A DNA stretch of 40,618 bases from a virus (IMGVR_UViG_2718218168_000006); one strand, 5' to 3'. Shown: positions 20,364 to 29,842, counted from the first letter of the stretch. Notes: generated by a model not told the origin, from the sequence alone. Made by a program: numbers and translations.

Positions 20364-22121
20364 TTAAAGCGAGCGGATGCCCACGCTGACCAGATGTTCA
20401 GACAGATCCGGCTCCGGTTCACCACCATTGACCAGCATCCGGCTCATTGCTGTAAACATCGCAACAGGGCCGTCGATTTTGGCTTCCAGCGTGGATTTAT
20501 TCGGGAAGATATTGTCGTTTTTGTCCGGTTTTACCGTAACGTTAGACATCATCCAGTTCATGACCGGATGATTGCTGTGATGGAAACGTCCGGCATAGAC
20601 CAGTGATTCCGTTTCCTTCATGGCCTCTGACAGATTGCGAACCGTCTGCGGAACCTCCACCAGCGGTATCCCTTCTTCAGCCAGTGCTAGGCTGAACTGC
20701 ATCGCGCTCCACGGGTCAAATCCCAGTTCCCTGAGGTTTTCACCACCAATCCATTCCAGTAAGTCACTTTTTATCTGAGCATGATCGATAACATCACCAT
20801 CCGTCAGAATCAGCTTATCCATCTCCGCCCACTTCCGGTAAAGTTCTGCCTGCTGCCGCGAGCATCGTTCCAGCCGTCCTTCCGGGAGCCAGAATTTAAA
20901 ATCGGCATGAACATGCCCGTTATCCGTTCGCCAGAGTTTTGCCGCCGCACAGATATCAATCTTATGAGCAAGGTCAACGCCGACCCACATGGGATACGTT
21001 TTCAGCTCATGTCGCGGGGCAATGTATTCGCACTTCTCCCACTTAATCATGTCCATCCAGGCAGACTCTGCTGTTACCCACACATTCATGTGTTTGGTAA
21101 AAAAATTCACCCGCGCAGAGACCTGTTCTTTCGCTTTTTTCGCCAGACGACGCAGATCATCCCAGCGTTTACAGATGCCCAGGCCAGGATTCGCTTTCTG
21201 CCAGACCGTTTCATCAAACGGATCATCTCCCTCATCGAGGGTGTAAATAATCGCAAAGTAGGAGTCGTCTTTTACAGCGCCCTCCACGTCGCTGTTATAG
21301 CCACGCAATACCTTGATGGCATAATCACGCTGCTCGTAACAAATCCCTTCCTTGTTAAACCCTGCCGTGGTGATACCAAATAAAAGGGACTGCAGACGGG
21401 CACCGGTTGCCGTTTCCAGAACGTCCCACACGTCACGGGTTTTATGTGCATGCAGCTCATCAATAATGGCGCAGTGGATGTTCAGACCATCCAGGTTGTT
21501 TGCATCCGAAGAAAGCGGTTCAAATTTTGATGCGCTCTGCTCCTGGTAAATCGCCAGCTTGTTGAAATCAAACAACCGCCCGAGTGTCGACCGGGCTTTT
21601 CTGACCATATTTTTGGCGTCTTCAAACACGATTCTGGCCTGGTCACGCGTGGTTGCGGCTGAATACACCTCAGCACCGCCTTCACCATCTGCCCCCGTCA
21701 TATACAGACCGATACCCGATGACAGGGTTGATTTTGCGTTTTTACGGGCAACTTCGTTGTATGCTGTCCGGAACCGGCGCACCATCACCGGGCGCCCGCT
21801 GCCATCGCTGCGCATGACAACTTCCCCGGTCTCTTCATTGACCAGCGGAATGACAAAACCAAAAATATTAATGAGGATAAATACATGCCAGTCCATCAAC
21901 TCAATAGGCTGGCCTGCCAGCGCCCCTTTTACATGAGGCACAAATTTGTAGAAATTCAGGATGTGCTGCGCACGTGGTTCACTGAAATAAATCCCCCGCT
22001 CTTCGCCGTACTTTAGATCATCAAGAAAACGCTGGCAGGCCAGGCGGACAAATTCGCCAGCAACAATTTCTCCTGCAACAACACGTTCGGCGTAGCGGAT
22101 CCCGTCAGCCACTTTTGCCAT
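20364..22121 (-). CDS. terminase large subunit
   Basis: 585 aa ORF in the HNH/TerS/TerL/portal order; start overlaps the small terminase stop. Confidence 0.9.
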   Translation of the reverse strand: MAKVADGIRYAERVVAGEIVAGEFVRLACQRFLDDLKYGEERGIYFSEPRAQHILNFYKFVPHVKGALAGQPIELMDWHVFILINIFGFVIPLVNEETGEVVMRSDGSGRPVMVRRFRTAYNEVARKNAKSTLSSGIGLYMTGADGEGGAEVYSAATTRDQARIVFEDAKNMVRKARSTLGRLFDFNKLAIYQEQSASKFEPLSSDANNLDGLNIHCAIIDELHAHKTRDVWDVLETATGARLQSLLFGITTAGFNKEGICYEQRDYAIKVLRGYNSDVEGAVKDDSYFAIIYTLDEGDDPFDETVWQKANPGLGICKRWDDLRRLAKKAKEQVSARVNFFTKHMNVWVTAESAWMDMIKWEKCEYIAPRHELKTYPMWVGVDLAHKIDICAAAKLWRTDNGHVHADFKFWLPEGRLERCSRQQAELYRKWAEMDKLILTDGDVIDHAQIKSDLLEWIGGENLRELGFDPWSAMQFSLALAEEGIPLVEVPQTVRNLSEAMKETESLVYAGRFHHSNHPVMNWMMSNVTVKPDKNDNIFPNKSTLEAKIDGPVAMFTAMSRMLVNGGEPEPDLSEHLVSVGIRSL

Positions 22122-22602
22122 CAGTCTCTCGCTTTTAAAAGCTCCGCCAGCGGATCAACATCATCCGGTCCGGCAATATTTACTTTAGCCCGGCTTGCCG
22201 GTGACATACCAAACTCTGCAAGCATTGCCCGGATCCGCTTCCAGGCATCCGCTTTCATTGCCGCCGCGGGGTGCGCCTTAATCAGTACATCACCGCTCTG
22301 CGTTTCCGTGCGGTAGGTATACCCTCAACATCGAGTGTTTCGCAGTGATGCCGATATTCGGTATAGGCTTCCACCAGCAACTCGAGTGCACGCGCATCAA
22401 GCTGAGAAATGATCCCTTCCGCATTCAGCTCTTCCGCCATTCGCCTGAACCAGTACTTCCCCTGTGCCCCTAAATGCTGCGGAATTTTAGGGAGACCTTT
22501 TTCATCCTTTTTAGCGGTTTTTTTTGAGTCTTTAACGGGGCGCTTTGAGGGGTTGCCTCGTATCAAATGCAGGCGTGGCGGGGTTTTCGGAGGTCCTGAC
22601 AT
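22122..22602 (-). pseudogene. terminase small subunit (P27 family), interrupted by a frameshift
   Basis: Track ORF 22282..22602 (MSGPPKTPPRLHLIRGNPSKRP..) ends prematurely; another frame continues ..TETQSGDVLIKAHPAAAMKADAWKRIRAMLAEFGMSP.. to a stop overlapping the terL ATG; join near a short C-run at about 22323. Confidence 0.75.
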
Positions 22603-22749
22603 AATCGGTCTTACCTATCAATCGTTTGTTCACATTTCCAAAAAAAGTTTTCGAACCTGCGGCGATGTGAGGAAGGGTCAGGCGGCGGTACTGAGCAGCT
22701 AGGGTTGCAGAGATTTGACCCGCCCCTCCCCTACAGATGGGAACTGTTA

Positions 22750-23100
22750 TCAATTGATGCGTTCGCGCGCTGTTTTTGCTTTATGACAGGGCCAGCACAG
22801 ACTCTGCAGGTTACTGTCTGCATCCGTGCCACCATGAGCTTTCGGAATGATGTGGTCCACAGTTCTGGCTTCAACGGCTCTCCCATTGCGCAGGCAGTTC
22901 TGACACAGATGATTATCACGCTTCAGTATGCGCGCACGTATGGCATCCCATTTCGAGCCATAGCCACGCTGGTGGCGGCTCAGTCCGCGTTGATGCTGTA
23001 CCCATCCTTCGCCACGATGTTTATCGCAGTAACCAGAACTGTCTGTGGTTGTACCTGCACATCCACGCTTACGGCAGGCGCGTGGGATTCGTGATGGCAT
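22750..23100 (-). CDS. HNH endonuclease (terminase-associated)
   Basis: 116 aa ORF with Cys/His-rich HNH motifs (CQNCLRNG..DHIIPKAHGG..CWPCH) directly upstream of the terminase genes. Confidence 0.8.
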   Translation of the reverse strand: MPSRIPRACRKRGCAGTTTDSSGYCDKHRGEGWVQHQRGLSRHQRGYGSKWDAIRARILKRDNHLCQNCLRNGRAVEARTVDHIIPKAHGGTDADSNLQSLCWPCHKAKTARERIN

Positions 23101-23142
23101 AAATACCTCATACCCTGCGAAATGTTTACCACGATAAAAAGG

Positions 23143-23610
23143 CTACTTAATGCACTGAGTGCGGATATATTCCTGCGCCCCTTCCAGTTGCATCTGCATC
23201 GTCATCAATCGGTCTCTGAGGGTGAAATAATCCCGTTCAGCGGTGTCTGCCAGTCGGGGGATGGTTGCATTATCCACGCTGGTGGGTCCGGTGGCTTCAC
23301 GCACGGCTGCGGAGCAACTGGCATTGACCCGCAGGCGCTTACGGCCAGCGGCAACATCAGCGCGCAGAGTTTCATTTTCAGCTTGCGCATTGGCTAATTC
23401 TCTCGAGTACTTTGCATCGAGCGCAGCAACATCACGCTGACGCTGCTGCATGTCAGCGATGGTGGCGATCGCCAGCTTCAGCTCACTGACTTTTTTATCA
23501 CGCTGTTCTTTGTAGGCGATGGCGTTATCACGGTAATGATTGACCGCCCACGACAGGCAGACGATGATGCAGATAACCAGAGCATAAATAATCGCGGCGA
23601 CTCTGCTCAC
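23143..23610 (-). CDS. Rz: i-spanin Rz
   Basis: Lambda Rz-like sequence ([34 protein letters not shown]..); GTG start overlapping the endolysin stop. Confidence 0.85.
   Translation of the reverse strand: MSRVAAIIYALVICIIVCLSWAVNHYRDNAIAYKEQRDKKVSELKLAIATIADMQQRQRDVAALDAKYSRELANAQAENETLRADVAAGRKRLRVNASCSAAVREATGPTSVDNATIPRLADTAERDYFTLRDRLMTMQMQLEGAQEYIRTQCIK
23205..23390 (-). CDS. Rz1: o-spanin Rz1 (lipoprotein), embedded in the +1 frame of Rz
   Basis: 61 aa [23 protein letters not shown].. with lipobox and Pro-rich region ([30 protein letters not shown]) as in lambda Rz1. Confidence 0.8.
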   Translation of the reverse strand: MRKLKMKLCALMLPLAVSACGSMPVAPQPCVKPPDPPAWIMQPSPDWQTPLNGIISPSETD

Positions 23611-24140
23611 TGATCTATCCCCCAACAGGCTAATGCACTTTCCTGGTCACGACGAATAACCTGTCCATAGCAGTTATTTGAACGTATGCGGCAATCGCGC
23701 CCACCATCTTTTATCCACCAGCGAATCGCCTCGCATGCACCTTTACGATCACCAGCATTCAGCCGCTTATAAAACGTCGACGGAAAACACTTACCGGGGC
23801 CAATGTTATAGGGACAAAATGACGCGATACCGGCTTTTTGTGGCTCGGTCAGTGGTACTTTAATATTGCGCTCCACCCATGCCAGCGCCTTATCACGCTC
23901 AATGGCGTTGACCTGGTCGCATTTTTCCTTCGACAGTTTCATACCGGGAAAAACGGGTTTTCCATCCACCATCGTGGCACCCCGACAGATGGTCCAGATG
24001 CCGGACCCATCGCGGTATGCCGTTGTGTGGTTACCTTCTTTTTCATCCAGAAACTGGTCGAGAATATCAGGCGCGGGCGCACCGACGGCAATCAGTGCCA
24101 GAACGGCAGCCGACAGGCCGTATCTGATTTTTGCGTTCAT
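23607..24140 (-). CDS. R: SAR endolysin (phage lysozyme R with N-terminal signal-anchor-release domain)
   Basis: 177 aa ORF with hydrophobic N-terminus [21 protein letters not shown] followed by lysozyme-like domain; partnered with an S21-type pinholin. Confidence 0.8.
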   Translation of the reverse strand: MNAKIRYGLSAAVLALIAVGAPAPDILDQFLDEKEGNHTTAYRDGSGIWTICRGATMVDGKPVFPGMKLSKEKCDQVNAIERDKALAWVERNIKVPLTEPQKAGIASFCPYNIGPGKCFPSTFYKRLNAGDRKGACEAIRWWIKDGGRDCRIRSNNCYGQVIRRDQESALACWGIDQ

Positions 24141-24203
24141 GGATATTTATCAGGATTTATCGGTTTCTGCCCACGGACAGGTTTATCTGTTCCGGTCAGT
24201 GAC

Positions 24204-24554
24204 TTAAGGTTGTGATTCCGGAGGAGTCTTCAGAGAACCAGTAATTCTTCCTGGTAGCTTTCCTTTGTAGGTTATCCAAACATTCTGCGCATCTAAAATT
24301 ACGGGGCGCTTTTCCGGCGACTGCTCATCCCCTTCACATAACCCGGCAGCAACATCCAGGAAGACCTGTCTGATGCTCCTTCTGGCTGCTGCCTCATAAA
24401 CCTCCAGCGCGGCACCTTCAACACGGTCCAGCGAGATGTCCAGGTCAAAAATTTCGCCGTCAAAGCGTTTTTTGTCCCGTAACGCTAAAGTTACCGTAAC
24501 TTTATTCTCAAAATTGCGGATCCCTTTCACAATCAGTTCATAGTTTTGAGTCAT
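24204..24554 (-). CDS. hypothetical protein between holin and endolysin (YdfR-like, probably DUF1327 family)
   Basis: 116 aa ORF inside the lysis cassette; same position as ydfR in the Qin prophage (family assignment from memory). Confidence 0.55.
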   Translation of the reverse strand: MTQNYELIVKGIRNFENKVTVTLALRDKKRFDGEIFDLDISLDRVEGAALEVYEAAARRSIRQVFLDVAAGLCEGDEQSPEKRPVILDAQNVWITYKGKLPGRITGSLKTPPESQP

Positions 24555-24558
24555 TGAA

Positions 24559-24774
24559 TTACTCTCCCCGTGCAGCCTTACGCTTGTCTTCTCTGATTTT
24601 GAAGTACAGATTTGTCAGATAAGTCAGGAAGCCCAGAACCAGACTCCCCAGAACACCAATCGCAGCCCACTGTGACGGACTGACCTGATCAAGCCACTGT
24701 AAAAACCAGTAGCCAGCACTGCCTGCGGAGGTGCCGTAGGCAATGCCCGTTGAAATTTTGTCCATGGATTTCAT
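24559..24774 (-). CDS. S: pinholin S (phage 21 S21-like), dual-start motif
   Basis: 71 aa [66 protein letters not shown].., essentially the S21 pinholin sequence with Met1/Met4 starts. Confidence 0.9.
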   Translation of the reverse strand: MKSMDKISTGIAYGTSAGSAGYWFLQWLDQVSPSQWAAIGVLGSLVLGFLTYLTNLYFKIREDKRKAARGE

Positions 24775-24934
24775 AGCCTCACCTCCGCAAATAACGGATG
24801 GCGTAGTTTTACACTGAGAAATGAAAGGGATTTGAAAAGAAAAAACCGCAAAAGCGGGCGAAACGATATATACAGAAAGGAAAGCACTCTATCCAACAAA
24901 CCACCCACAGTTGATCGGAATAAAAGCAGAGTGC

Positions 24935-25007
24935 TTATGAATGATCGCCTGCCCGAAGGTTAGTATTTCTGCACAGCAATTTTGCAAAAAAAGGCGATCA
25001 TTCATAA
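24935..25007. repeat. 16-bp perfect inverted repeat (TTATGAATGATCGCCT / AGGCGATCATTCATAA) separated by about 41 bp
   Basis: Read directly from the sequence between tRNA-Gly and the S gene. Confidence 0.6.
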
Positions 25008-25066
25008 CTTAAACGTCTTTCAGTCACTCCGGGATTTCCCATCATCGCAGACTGAAAGACTCTGAC

Positions 25067-25141
<75 letters not shown>

Positions 25142-25144
25142 ATA

Positions 25145-25220
<76 letters not shown>

Positions 25221-25222
25221 AC

Positions 25223-25299
25223 TGGACCGCCACCGGGGACTCGAACCTCGCACACTCAACTTAAAGGGTTGACGCTCTTTCCTGATGAGCTAGTGGCGG
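25223..25299 (-). tRNA. atypical tRNA (anticodon loop CCTTTAA, apparent anticodon UUU; C at position 33)
   Basis: 7-bp acceptor stem CCGCCAC/GTGGCGG, T-loop TTCGAGT, encoded CCA; C33 and one T-stem mismatch make identity uncertain. Confidence 0.4.
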
Positions 25300-25300
25300 T

Positions 25301-25376
25301 TGGTGGCCCTTGCTGGATTTGAACCAGCGACCTGGCGATTATGAGTCGCTCGCTCTCACCACTGAGCTAAAGGGCC
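25301..25376 (-). tRNA. tRNA-Ile2/Met (anticodon CAU), ileX/ileZ-like
   Basis: GGCCCTTTAGCTCAGTGGTGAGAGC..CTCATAA..GGTTCAAATCC..AAGGGCC-A-CCA; resembles E. coli ileX. Confidence 0.7.
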
Positions 25377-25493
25377 GGGCGCAGGATAATAACGTTACGA
25401 AATCAATGTTGCAAGCATTCAAAAATCACCTGGTTAAAAATCACCCTTATCTCCTCCACCAGCGCATTCACCATGTCTATCCGAGATAAGTGG

Positions 25494-25521
25494 CACAAAA
25501 AAACCCGCTTGATGCGGGTTT
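25494..25521 (-). terminator. intrinsic terminator upstream of the tRNA cluster (tR-prime-like)
   Basis: aaacccgc-ttgat-gcgggttt hairpin followed on the minus strand by about 7 T. Confidence 0.55.
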
Positions 25522-25641
25522 AAGTTGTGTGGCGAAGCGACCACTCTTAACAGATTAAGATAGTTTTTGCGTACGCGTTAGTGATTTTTTCATAATTATC
25601 TGTATCCTGTGGCTATTTCTCTTGCGCAAAGGATGCTTTTG

Positions 25642-26520
25642 ATGACGCAGCAACTCGAAAACATGCCAATAACAGAAATCGAAATTGCCTACGGTGGAGA
25701 GGCATACGCAGATAATCAGATCGACGCGAAAACATTAGGCGAAGCCTTAACCTCTCTTAGTGCCCTGATTGAACACGCCGAAAAAATAATTAATGGCGAA
25801 ACAGCAGAGCCGAAAGTCAACATCAAGGCAACAAAAGAAGGTTCATTTACTTTGCTTGTTGCTGTGATGGGGAGCATAAAAACTATTAACGCCCTTGGCC
25901 TCGTTGCAGGTGGTGGAGTTGCCGCAGGTGGCGTACTCGGGATAATCGAATGGCTCAAAGGGCGTAAAATCAGCTCCATTGTCGTCGATGAACAAAAAGA
26001 TACAGCAGAAATCGAAGTGGATGGTGAGAAGGTTAAATGCAGTAACGACATTCAAAAATTAATAACCAGTCCAATCATCCGAAAAGAACTGGATAAATTA
26101 ATCTATAAACCCCTGCAGACTGAAAAACCATCCACGTTCTCAGTTTCACAGCAGAAGCATAAGGTAGTCAGGGTGACGCAAGCTGAAGCAGTAAGTTTTA
26201 AAACTGCAAAATCCACCTTTGTCGAGAAAACGCACGTAACGACACGCCAAGCTAATGTACATTTTGCTAATGTTCGATTCAAGCAAGGCAAAAGCTGGGA
26301 TATCATCCTGCCAAATGGCGAAGAAGTTAGCGCATCTATGAAAGATGAGGCTTTTCTTGAACGGGTTGAACACAACCAAGCAGCATTCTGTAAGGGTGAT
26401 CTTTTTGTTGTAGAACTGACAGAAACAACAAAAGAAACAAATGGCGCGCTGTCTAAACCACGCTATAGTATTACTAAGGTTATACGCCACAGAGCGGCGG
26501 CAGATAGGAAACTACTTTAA
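25642..26520 (+). CDS. hypothetical protein with central Gly-rich hydrophobic segment (first gene of 3-gene cargo operon)
   Basis: Track ORF 25609..26520; probable ATG at about 25642 (MTQQLENMP..) after AAGGA; contains FTLLVAVMGSIKTINALGLVAGGGVAAGGVLGIIEWL; AT-rich relative to flanking phage genes. Confidence 0.6.
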   Translation: MTQQLENMPITEIEIAYGGEAYADNQIDAKTLGEALTSLSALIEHAEKIINGETAEPKVNIKATKEGSFTLLVAVMGSIKTINALGLVAGGGVAAGGVLGIIEWLKGRKISSIVVDEQKDTAEIEVDGEKVKCSNDIQKLITSPIIRKELDKLIYKPLQTEKPSTFSVSQQKHKVVRVTQAEAVSFKTAKSTFVEKTHVTTRQANVHFANVRFKQGKSWDIILPNGEEVSASMKDEAFLERVEHNQAAFCKGDLFVVELTETTKETNGALSKPRYSITKVIRHRAAADRKLL

Positions 26521-26523
26521 ATC

Positions 26524-26769
26524 ATGTCAATCCTAAGCATTATGCTTTACATCACTGTATTCATGGCTGTCGCAGCGACGGTCAGATATGCTGTGCTTAG
26601 GTTCTTGGTTTGGGTAAAGCCGAATGCGTATATTGAACTAACCTACACCGATCCTGAAGGCAGAACCGCTAAAAGGAAAGTCAGCGTTAGAAACGAAAAT
26701 GACGCAGAAGAGTTGGCGCTACTGCTACGCGAACTCAAAACTCGCAACGAAGCAAGTGCAGGAAGGTGA
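26524..26769 (+). CDS. small membrane protein (1 predicted TM), second gene of cargo operon
   Basis: 81 aa ORF MSILSIMLYITVFMAVAATVRYAVLRFLVW..; starts 3 nt after the upstream stop. Confidence 0.55.
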   Translation: MSILSIMLYITVFMAVAATVRYAVLRFLVWVKPNAYIELTYTDPEGRTAKRKVSVRNENDAEELALLLRELKTRNEASAGR

Positions 26770-27156
26770 ATGGCGAACACTAAATCCTACCTGGCAATGC
26801 AGGCATGGTTTACCACCCTTATCACTGCGGGATTGAATTTCCTTTTTGACTGGCTTCCTCAATTAGCCTTCTTCAAATCATTGGCGCCTGGAGCTGCTGT
26901 CGGCTTATCTCATGTGGTAATTCTTCTTATCGCTTACATAGGTTTGCCTACGCTTAATGATGTAAGAATGAAAAGGGAAATAAAAACGGCCAGAAAATTC
27001 ATCACGAACTGCCTGGCCAACCCTAACCTAACACCAGACCAAATTGCGCACTACAACCAATGTCTTATCGATCTAGACAATAAGCTATTAAAAAACATAA
27101 ATATTCGTATTGATGCTTTATCTGACGCCGAATCGAAAGCTCAAGCAAACGAGTAG
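26770..27156 (+). CDS. small membrane protein (2 predicted TM) with helical C-terminal tail, third gene of cargo operon
   Basis: 128 aa ORF; ATG immediately follows the upstream TGA; convergent with and ending about 13 nt from the Q stop. Confidence 0.55.
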   Translation: MANTKSYLAMQAWFTTLITAGLNFLFDWLPQLAFFKSLAPGAAVGLSHVVILLIAYIGLPTLNDVRMKREIKTARKFITNCLANPNLTPDQIAHYNQCLIDLDNKLLKNINIRIDALSDAESKAQANE

Positions 27157-27169
27157 TAACAGTCATAAC

Positions 27170-27519
27170 TTATGATAGAATCAAGCATATACATCCATCA
27201 ATAAAGCCTAATGCAGTTTGCAGCTCCTTTCTTATAGTTCCATCTGAGCACCTGCGTTTCTTCGCGATTGAGCGTAGAGAAACACCAATAACAAAGTGAG
27301 CTATGAGCAGCTCATATTCCTCTGGTTTATACTTTCGCAACCGAGCCACACAACCGTCTATCATGATGCCTTCATCATCATCACACTGGAGACGTGACTT
27401 TTTGCCATGTGGCAAAAGCCCCTTGAAGCCCGCTGCTATCGGTTGCCAATCGACACCGCTATTTTCTGCTGCAGCCCATGCCCCCAGCGATCTAAAACCT
27501 CATACATATCACGCCCCAT
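27170..27519 (-). pseudogene. Q: late-gene antiterminator Q (QuuD-like), interrupted by a frameshift
   Basis: N-terminal frame MGRDMYEVLDRWG.. (ATG overlapping rusA stop) stops after 27 codons; C-terminal track ORF 27170..27415 is open upstream as ..AWAAAENSGVDWQPIAAGFKGLLP..; fusion at a C-run near 27481-27485 restores the QuuD-like RWGAWAA motif. Confidence 0.75.
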
Positions 27520-27886
27520 TACCATCACCTCTGATTTCGCAAATCTTCACGCCCAGTCGCCCACCAGGAACGAGCTGACCGCGCACAATATTGATTTCAT
27601 CAAACTGCTCGTCGTCTATGAGAAGCCCCGCATGCGTCAGTGCATCCAGCGGTGCTTTCAGGATATTGTCCAGGTCCCGACGGCGCTTATCCGGCGGCTC
27701 TGCAGTAATTTTTATTGCCAGCCTTCCGGACAGGTTTAATTTCAGCCGCTGCTGGCGAACAATTAGCGCCACATCACGGCGATAACGCTTTCCGGCTTCC
27801 GAGATGAAATACGTATTGCCATGACGTCGCCAGTAGGTATTCACCGTCGGCGGGTAAGGCAAAACAAATTCTATGCGTTCAGTCAT
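27509..27886 (-). CDS. rusA: Holliday junction resolvase RusA
   Basis: 125 aa ORF with RusA motifs (PPTVNTYW..DLDNILKAPLDALTHAGLLIDD). Confidence 0.85.
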   Translation of the reverse strand: MTERIEFVLPYPPTVNTYWRRHGNTYFISEAGKRYRRDVALIVRQQRLKLNLSGRLAIKITAEPPDKRRRDLDNILKAPLDALTHAGLLIDDEQFDEINIVRGQLVPGGRLGVKICEIRGDGNGA

Positions 27887-28870
27887 TCATGCTTTCCACT
27901 TCAGGACACCCGAATTTCTCGCGTGCATTAAAAAACGAATCAGCAACAACAGCTGGCTGCCGTGTTTTTCTTCAAAATCTTTTACCCCGGCGTGCAGTTC
28001 GTTATGACATTTACGGCACAGAGGAATAACAAACAAATCATCAGCCTTTGTTCCCATCCCTCCCAGTCCATGACCAATGATGTGATGCGGATCATCTGCC
28101 TGATTACCGCACGTCATGCATTTCTGCGTTTTTACCCAACGCGTGTATACAGGCATCTCTTCCCGTTGTGGTTTCTGGCGCTGGAGATACTGAGCCGGTG
28201 ACTCCGGATCAACGGCAATGCTGACCACCGTCTTTTCCTGTGGCGGGTTTTGCTGGTGGGCGTGAGGCAGCGGCGCAAGATTTTTTGTGCGCTGCTTCAG
28301 TATGCTGGTGGCGGTCTGCTCTCCCGGTACGATGTCGCTTTCACGGTACATTGAGCGGATTTTTTCCGCACGCAACCCCAGCGAACGACGTAATACCGCT
28401 TCCGGTAGCGCGTCCGCCACCTGATTGCGGACCGCCCACCAGGATAATTCAGCCAGAGATAATTCACGCTCCTGCGTACCGCTTATTGCGTGACCGATGA
28501 CGTCAATCATCCATGCTGACAGGTTTTGATGAGCAAGTTGCTCGAGTGATTCGGATGTCTGGTCACGCAGCTGGTTGTCGCAGTGCCAGCACAACACCAT
28601 TGCGCCGGTACCATAACGGTGAATGACGGTTTCGCTGTGATGATAATCGCCGTGTGGCCACTGGCAGGATTTAATATGGCGCAACAGCCAGTCAGACAAT
28701 GCACCAGCACCACCAGCAGCACGAATCACCCGTGCGTTACTGAAAAACGGCAGCAATGTTTTGTCTTCCACCAGCGGCTGGCGAACGGCAGGAACGACCC
28801 CGGACGGCAGATTACGCATGCTTTTCGGTTCAGGCTCCACCAGCACTCGAGGGTTATGAAATACTTGCAT
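27887..28870 (-). CDS. DUF968-domain protein (YdfU-like)
   Basis: ORF with C-terminal Cys/His-rich region (CMTCGN..HHIIGHG..CRKCHNELH); probable ATG at about 28870 (MQVFHNPRV). Confidence 0.7.
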   Translation of the reverse strand: MQVFHNPRVLVEPEPKSMRNLPSGVVPAVRQPLVEDKTLLPFFSNARVIRAAGGAGALSDWLLRHIKSCQWPHGDYHHSETVIHRYGTGAMVLCWHCDNQLRDQTSESLEQLAHQNLSAWMIDVIGHAISGTQERELSLAELSWWAVRNQVADALPEAVLRRSLGLRAEKIRSMYRESDIVPGEQTATSILKQRTKNLAPLPHAHQQNPPQEKTVVSIAVDPESPAQYLQRQKPQREEMPVYTRWVKTQKCMTCGNQADDPHHIIGHGLGGMGTKADDLFVIPLCRKCHNELHAGVKDFEEKHGSQLLLLIRFLMHARNSGVLKWKA

Positions 28871-28943
28871 GGATTCACGGCCCGGCCTAAGGACCACCAG
28901 CCCAAGTTCCGGTACCAGAACAGGTCGAAGTAATATCCGCACG

Positions 28944-29222
28944 TTACCTCCAGATCCGTTGCTGGTATGTGCGGGATGGGCGCGGTGGGCGTTCGGAATA
29001 AGGGAGCCTGACATAGATTATCCAGTGACGATAATCGAGGCTGAGGGCTTTCTTAACCTCGTATCCGCGCCTGCGGTAACACTGAATTATCCATTCCGCC
29101 TGCTCTTCAGTGCATGGAGGATGCTGGAACCAGTCTGATTTGAATACGTGAAAACGCCGTCCGCGCCTGCTGGCAAAGACGGCAGAATCATTAGAATTGT
29201 GTAATTTGGTATCGTGCGCCAT
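28944..29222 (-). CDS. hypothetical protein
   Basis: ORF in nin-like region; ATG at about 29222 (MAHDTKLHN..); longer track ORF starts with TTG inside a terminator hairpin. Confidence 0.5.
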   Translation of the reverse strand: MAHDTKLHNSNDSAVFASRRGRRFHVFKSDWFQHPPCTEEQAEWIIQCYRRRGYEVKKALSLDYRHWIIYVRLPYSERPPRPSRTYQQRIWR

Positions 29223-29293
29223 CGGTTGTCTCTGCTGGCGCAGCAGGTGCCAGTTGTTCAGGCTGGCGTGCGTATTGTAAACCAGAATGCCAG

Positions 29294-29320
29294 AAAAAAA
29301 CAAAACCCGCCGAAGCGGGT
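29294..29320 (-). terminator. intrinsic terminator downstream of lipoprotein gene
   Basis: acccgc-cgaa-gcgggt hairpin preceded on the plus strand by an A-run (T-run on the minus transcript). Confidence 0.5.
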
Positions 29321-29449
29321 ATGCTAAAACAAACTGAAGGTAATATGCCGGACTTGTAAAGGAACGATAGAATAATTATCGGATTAAATCCTGACTCAAT
29401 CCATAGGGTTTACAGCGTTTTCACTAATAATTTACCGTCCCGCTATACA

Positions 29450-29842
29450 TTACTGCCCAGTTTTAACGAAGTTTTTAAAGGAAACAATTGCCTGATAGGG
29501 GTTTGGTTGACAGCCAAACATATTATCGCAAAAAGGCTTGATGAAAATTCTTGCGGATCCATCTTCATTTGGCATTTTACTCACTTGATAAGCGAGGAAT
29601 GGGCTATTTGGTGAAGGGTTATAAGTGGAAATTAGCGTGTCTGTCGCCGTTTGAATTTTCCATGAGGAATTATTAGCCAACCAGAATTGCGCTCGTTTCC
29701 AATAAAAGTCACATTGCTTTTCATCATTACATGTTAGTGGCTTCATTGCTTCTGCTTTCAACGCTGGATCGACCTTTGCTGCACACCCTCCCAACATTAC
29801 TGTTGCAATCATTACACCTGCGACTAAAACAAGTTTCTTCAT
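29450..29842 (-). CDS. lipoprotein (signal peptide plus lipobox LGGC), cargo gene
   Basis: 130 aa ORF MKKLVLVAGVMIATVMLGGCAAK.. with 4 further Cys; own terminator downstream. Confidence 0.7.
   Translation of the reverse strand: MKKLVLVAGVMIATVMLGGCAAKVDPALKAEAMKPLTCNDEKQCDFYWKRAQFWLANNSSWKIQTATDTLISTYNPSPNSPFLAYQVSKMPNEDGSARIFIKPFCDNMFGCQPNPYQAIVSFKNFVKTGQ

Noticed and set aside
24775-25066. Possible Shiga toxin or other toxin cargo between the tRNAs and S, the usual stx slot
   Set aside because: Only about 290 bp of non-coding DNA is present; no stxA/stxB-sized ORFs
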